From: an uncultured Candidatus Saccharibacteria bacterium
Lineage (GTDB): Bacteria > Patescibacteriota > Saccharimonadia > Saccharimonadales > Saccharimonadaceae
Direction of reading: 5' to 3'
Assembly (NCBI GenBank): GCA_963456375.1
Contig: CAUOLH010000005.1
Location: forward strand, 5,912-69,911
DNA length: 64,000 nucleotides
The notes under the pieces were generated by a model. It was given only the letters and a program-made list of their open reading frames with translations. It made no database searches and was not told the DNA's origin. Positions 61,174-64,000 of this stretch are shown in pieces. Position numbers and translations under genes: made by a program. How positions within the stretch are numbered: the stretch's first letter is position 1; each line of letters starts with the position of its first letter.

Positions 61174-61719
61174 CTAGATTTTCTTCGCCCGCAAGTCGTT
61201 TAATTTCTTCAAAACCGTTGCGTCCAGCGTTGCAGTTGGCGTCCGTAGTTTGAAACCGCCGATGAGTGCTTGGTCAATTGATTCACGCAGTAACACAGTG
61301 ATGTCCTTAGTACTGTGGTCGCTCGGAACCTCCGCATCAAGATGTTCGACATGCTGAGCAGCGCGGTCGCTACCATCTGTTTCGGGTGCGCGGGCTTCGC
61401 TCCGGGCATCCTTTCTGGACGCTCGGGCTGCAGAGCGACCCTCCACAGATGTCAGCGACTCCATACCCGAGTTAGATGATAGTAGCCGCTTAATTGCATC
61501 CTTTGTCGCCTCGCCCAGCGGCGTTGCGCTTTCCACCGTCGCCACAACTGTCCCGCGCTCAGCCAATTCCACCTCAATATCCCGCGCCAACAATTCGACT
61601 TCGCGCTCATGCTTTTCATAAATCAAGAACCCGGCAATCTCTTCCAGCACCGCGTCATTACCCGCCAAAAGCTGCTCTGCTGCATACTTCGCCAGCTTTC
61701 GCCTGGACACCAGCCGCAT
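61174..61719 (-). CDS. atpH: ATP synthase delta subunit (short form) with ~55-aa in-frame insertion
   Basis: Operon position; VESATPL and ID.ALIGG..DATV motifs flanking a low-complexity insert. Confidence 0.88.
   Translation of the reverse strand: MRLVSRRKLAKYAAEQLLAGNDAVLEEIAGFLIYEKHEREVELLARDIEVELAERGTVVATVESATPLGEATKDAIKRLLSSNSGMESLTSVEGRSAARASRKDARSEARAPETDGSDRAAQHVEHLDAEVPSDHSTKDITVLLRESIDQALIGGFKLRTPTATLDATVLKKLNDLRAKKI
61366..61459. mobile_element. 94-bp palindromic element inserted in frame in atpH
   Basis: Arms GTCGCTACCATCTGT / ACAGATGTCAGCGAC; core TTCGCTCCGGGCATC..GACGCTCGGGCTGCA (61396-61432) matches the uvrD element core. Confidence 0.8.
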
Positions 61720-62262
61720 TTATTCAGCCTCCTTCAGCGCTGTTGAAATCAGCTTCGCATCCTTTTTAGCATCAAGCTTTTCGCCCAAAACTTTGCCAGT
61801 CGCCTCCGCCACTAATTCCAGCGTCGAGTTATGCAATTCTTTCTTCGCATTCGCAACTTCCTGAGCGATTTTATCGTGCGCTTCCTTTATCATCGCTTCA
61901 GACTTGGCGGCCGCTTTGGCGTTGGCTTTATCAACTAGCTGCTCGGCTTCTTCGCGCGCTGACGCCATAATGTCGCCAGCTTCCGCCCGGGCCTTCTGTA
62001 TCAACTCGCTGGCCGTTTTCTCAGCCTTATCTGCATTCTCGCGCGCCGATTTGGCTGCTTTATCAATAGTCTGCATATCTTTATCGCGCTTATCTAAGAT
62101 CGCCAGCAGCGGCGGATAAACAAACTTGCGCAAAATAACCAGCAGCAGCAGGAAAGCGACCGTCTGCAAAGCGAGCAACCGCCAATCAATTCCCAGCGAA
62201 CCAAACAAATCTGCTTTTTCCGGCGCGTCAGAATTGGCAAATTGTGTTAATATTTTCTCCAC
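61720..62262 (-). CDS. atpF: ATP synthase Fo b subunit
   Basis: N-terminal TM (Q..AFLLL..L.KF.YPP) followed by coiled coil. Confidence 0.95.
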   Translation of the reverse strand: MEKILTQFANSDAPEKADLFGSLGIDWRLLALQTVAFLLLLVILRKFVYPPLLAILDKRDKDMQTIDKAAKSARENADKAEKTASELIQKARAEAGDIMASAREEAEQLVDKANAKAAAKSEAMIKEAHDKIAQEVANAKKELHNSTLELVAEATGKVLGEKLDAKKDAKLISTALKEAE

Positions 62263-62278
62263 AATTTACTCCCGAAAA

Positions 62279-62491
62279 CTACATAACTTTGCCGACGATT
62301 GCCGCCACGAAACCGATGATCGCGATCGCGTCAATAAACGAAATACCTAAAACCATCATGGTGCGCAAGTCATTAACTTTCTCCGGATTGCGGCCAGCTG
62401 CGTTCATCGCTGACACGCCAACCATCGCTGCGCCAATTGCCGCAAATGCCGCTGGAATAGCGTAGGTAAGTGTAAATGCTAATTCTTTCAT
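62279..62491 (-). CDS. atpE: ATP synthase Fo c subunit
   Basis: 70-aa helical hairpin, RNPE loop, acidic residue in FIDA. Confidence 0.95.
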   Translation of the reverse strand: MKELAFTLTYAIPAAFAAIGAAMVGVSAMNAAGRNPEKVNDLRTMMVLGISFIDAIAIIGFVAAIVGKVM

Positions 62492-62523
62492 ATAATTTCT
62501 CCTTTATTTAATACTTTACTTTT

Positions 62524-63357
62524 CTAATCATTCTCCGCCGCTATATTTTTAGCTTGAACAGATGAATGAGCACGATCAGCCGGCTCGTCTGCATCGTGGT
62601 GAGCCAATCCCAGGGAAATAAATACAGTTGACAACATAAAGAAAATATACGCCTGAATGCCGCCGATAAACAATTCAAACAAATAGAACGGCTGCAGCGC
62701 TGCCGGCGACGCCAGTTTCGCCATATACGCGATAACCGCCAGCAAAATCTCGCCGGCAAACACATTGCCAAACAGCCGGAAGCTCAAGCCAAGCATCCGC
62801 GAAAATTCCGCTACCAGCTCCAGAATGCCAACGAAAGACATAATCGGATCTTTCAAAGGATTCACAAAATAACGGCCCATATTTCCCTTAAAACCAAGAT
62901 ATTTGAAAGCGTAAACCTGCACCGCCACAATCGTCACAATTGCCAGTCCAAACGTCATATTAAGATCTGCTACGCCGCCGCGGAACAGGGGAGTGCCATG
63001 CCCGCCAATGGTAATCGGACCGACGACCGGCAGCAGCCCTAGCCAATATTGCGCAACGATGAAAAAGAATATAGTGATACATAGCGGCGCTACCCGGCGC
63101 GCCCATTTCTGGTCAGGGATAACCTGGCCAACCGTTTTATATAACCCGTCAAATGTCCAGTTCATCAAGCGCGTCATAAAAGTAGGCTTTTTCTTACCCA
63201 GCGCTGCCGCGCGCGTTCGGAACATCAGCCATATCAGAACAACCAAACCAACGATGCCAAGCATGTGCGAATTAGTAATCGGGAAGCCGAACACATTAAA
63301 AACCTCGTCGGCTTTGACCGAAATATGCAAACCAGCGTTCGCCATACTGTCAATCAT
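62524..63357 (-). CDS. atpB: ATP synthase Fo a subunit
   Basis: LSFRLFGNVFAGE, IQAYIF. Confidence 0.97.
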   Translation of the reverse strand: MIDSMANAGLHISVKADEVFNVFGFPITNSHMLGIVGLVVLIWLMFRTRAAALGKKKPTFMTRLMNWTFDGLYKTVGQVIPDQKWARRVAPLCITIFFFIVAQYWLGLLPVVGPITIGGHGTPLFRGGVADLNMTFGLAIVTIVAVQVYAFKYLGFKGNMGRYFVNPLKDPIMSFVGILELVAEFSRMLGLSFRLFGNVFAGEILLAVIAYMAKLASPAALQPFYLFELFIGGIQAYIFFMLSTVFISLGLAHHDADEPADRAHSSVQAKNIAAEND

Positions 63358-63614
63358 TTCTTTGACTCCTGGCGCCTAATCTGCGCAATTTGCAGCCACA
63401 CTAAACCGAAAGACACGGCAAAACCCAGCGCAACGCCGGAAACCATCAACCACGGCTTCGTCCTGTAGCAATAGTCAGCCGCCAGCCCAACCAGCGTAAA
63501 ACCGATCGTCGGCACAAACATTCGCCACGTCGTCCCGACAATAGTTTTCGCCATCAATACAGAGGCATCGGCCTCGCTTTTTTTGCCAGTTTTAACATGA
63601 GTCTTTTTTGCCAT
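63354..63614 (-). CDS. AtpZ/AtpI-family protein
   Basis: Two TMs with G..AD....T.PW motif, first gene of the atp operon. Confidence 0.85.
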   Translation of the reverse strand: MAKKTHVKTGKKSEADASVLMAKTIVGTTWRMFVPTIGFTLVGLAADYCYRTKPWLMVSGVALGFAVSFGLVWLQIAQIRRQESKK

Positions 63615-63653
63615 TACTTATTAATATATCAATCTGCTATACTGTTTGGCAAG

Positions 63654-63893
63654 ATGCCGCGCCGAAATTATCCGAAAAACCGCCAGAAAATACCATCTGC
63701 GCCAGTGAAATCGCCAAGCGCTGCTGTCAATTCCGCCTGCCGGCAAAAACGCCGCTTTACCTCTGAAAAACAAGCCAAATCCGCCGCCGAAACCCAGGAA
63801 TTACTCAACTCCAGAATACACCTGCAAACATACCAATGCGAATGGTGCAGGGGATGGCATTTAACCAGTAAAAACTTGCAGCTACGAAAGTAA
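63654..63893 (+). CDS. Small hypothetical protein with C...CxxC..WH motif
   Basis: CRQKRRF.SE..A...YQCEWCRGWHLTS, possible Zn-binding. Confidence 0.7.
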   Translation: MPRRNYPKNRQKIPSAPVKSPSAAVNSACRQKRRFTSEKQAKSAAETQELLNSRIHLQTYQCEWCRGWHLTSKNLQLRK

Positions 63894-64000
63894 ACTTAGT
63901 ATGTCAAAGTCCTTTGCATATTTGTGTACTTGTTCGCCTTTGGAATATAGCTATTGTTCGTTGTGCCGTCGCCCAACTGTCCATGAGAATTATTACCTAC

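Overview
Chromosomal segment of a small-genome bacterium. Protein sequences and gene order most resemble Candidatus Saccharibacteria (TM7, Patescibacteria); this is inferred from sequence character, not a database search. TGA is used as stop (code 11). Core genes: rpoC, rpsL-rpsG-(protease)-fusA, dnaX-dnaB-ybaB-recR, cysS, tRNA-Gln(UUG), an RlmD-like methyltransferase, a UvrD-nuclease fusion, dus, two P-type ATPases, ABC transporters, a two-component pair and a complete F1Fo ATP synthase operon. These are interspersed with orphan genes and two LPxTG surface proteins. Most notable: (1) a family of ~95-bp palindromic elements with a shared core inserted in frame inside conserved genes (uvrD-like gene x2, atpH, P-type ATPase; looser palindromic inserts in rlmD-like gene and dus); (2) a ~690-nt densely structured, separately promoted unit at 53.8-54.5 kb with an unannotated 58-aa ORF and a tRNA-like domain; (3) a shared TTGAC-N15-TGATATATA promoter/operator before four scattered accessory units; (4) widespread leaderless-type gene starts; (5) loss of structural Zn ligands in RpoC, RecR and DnaX, and unusual motif variants in RpoC, EF-G and S12; (6) two disrupted orphan genes. 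No transposase, integrase, cas gene or true CRISPR array was seen.
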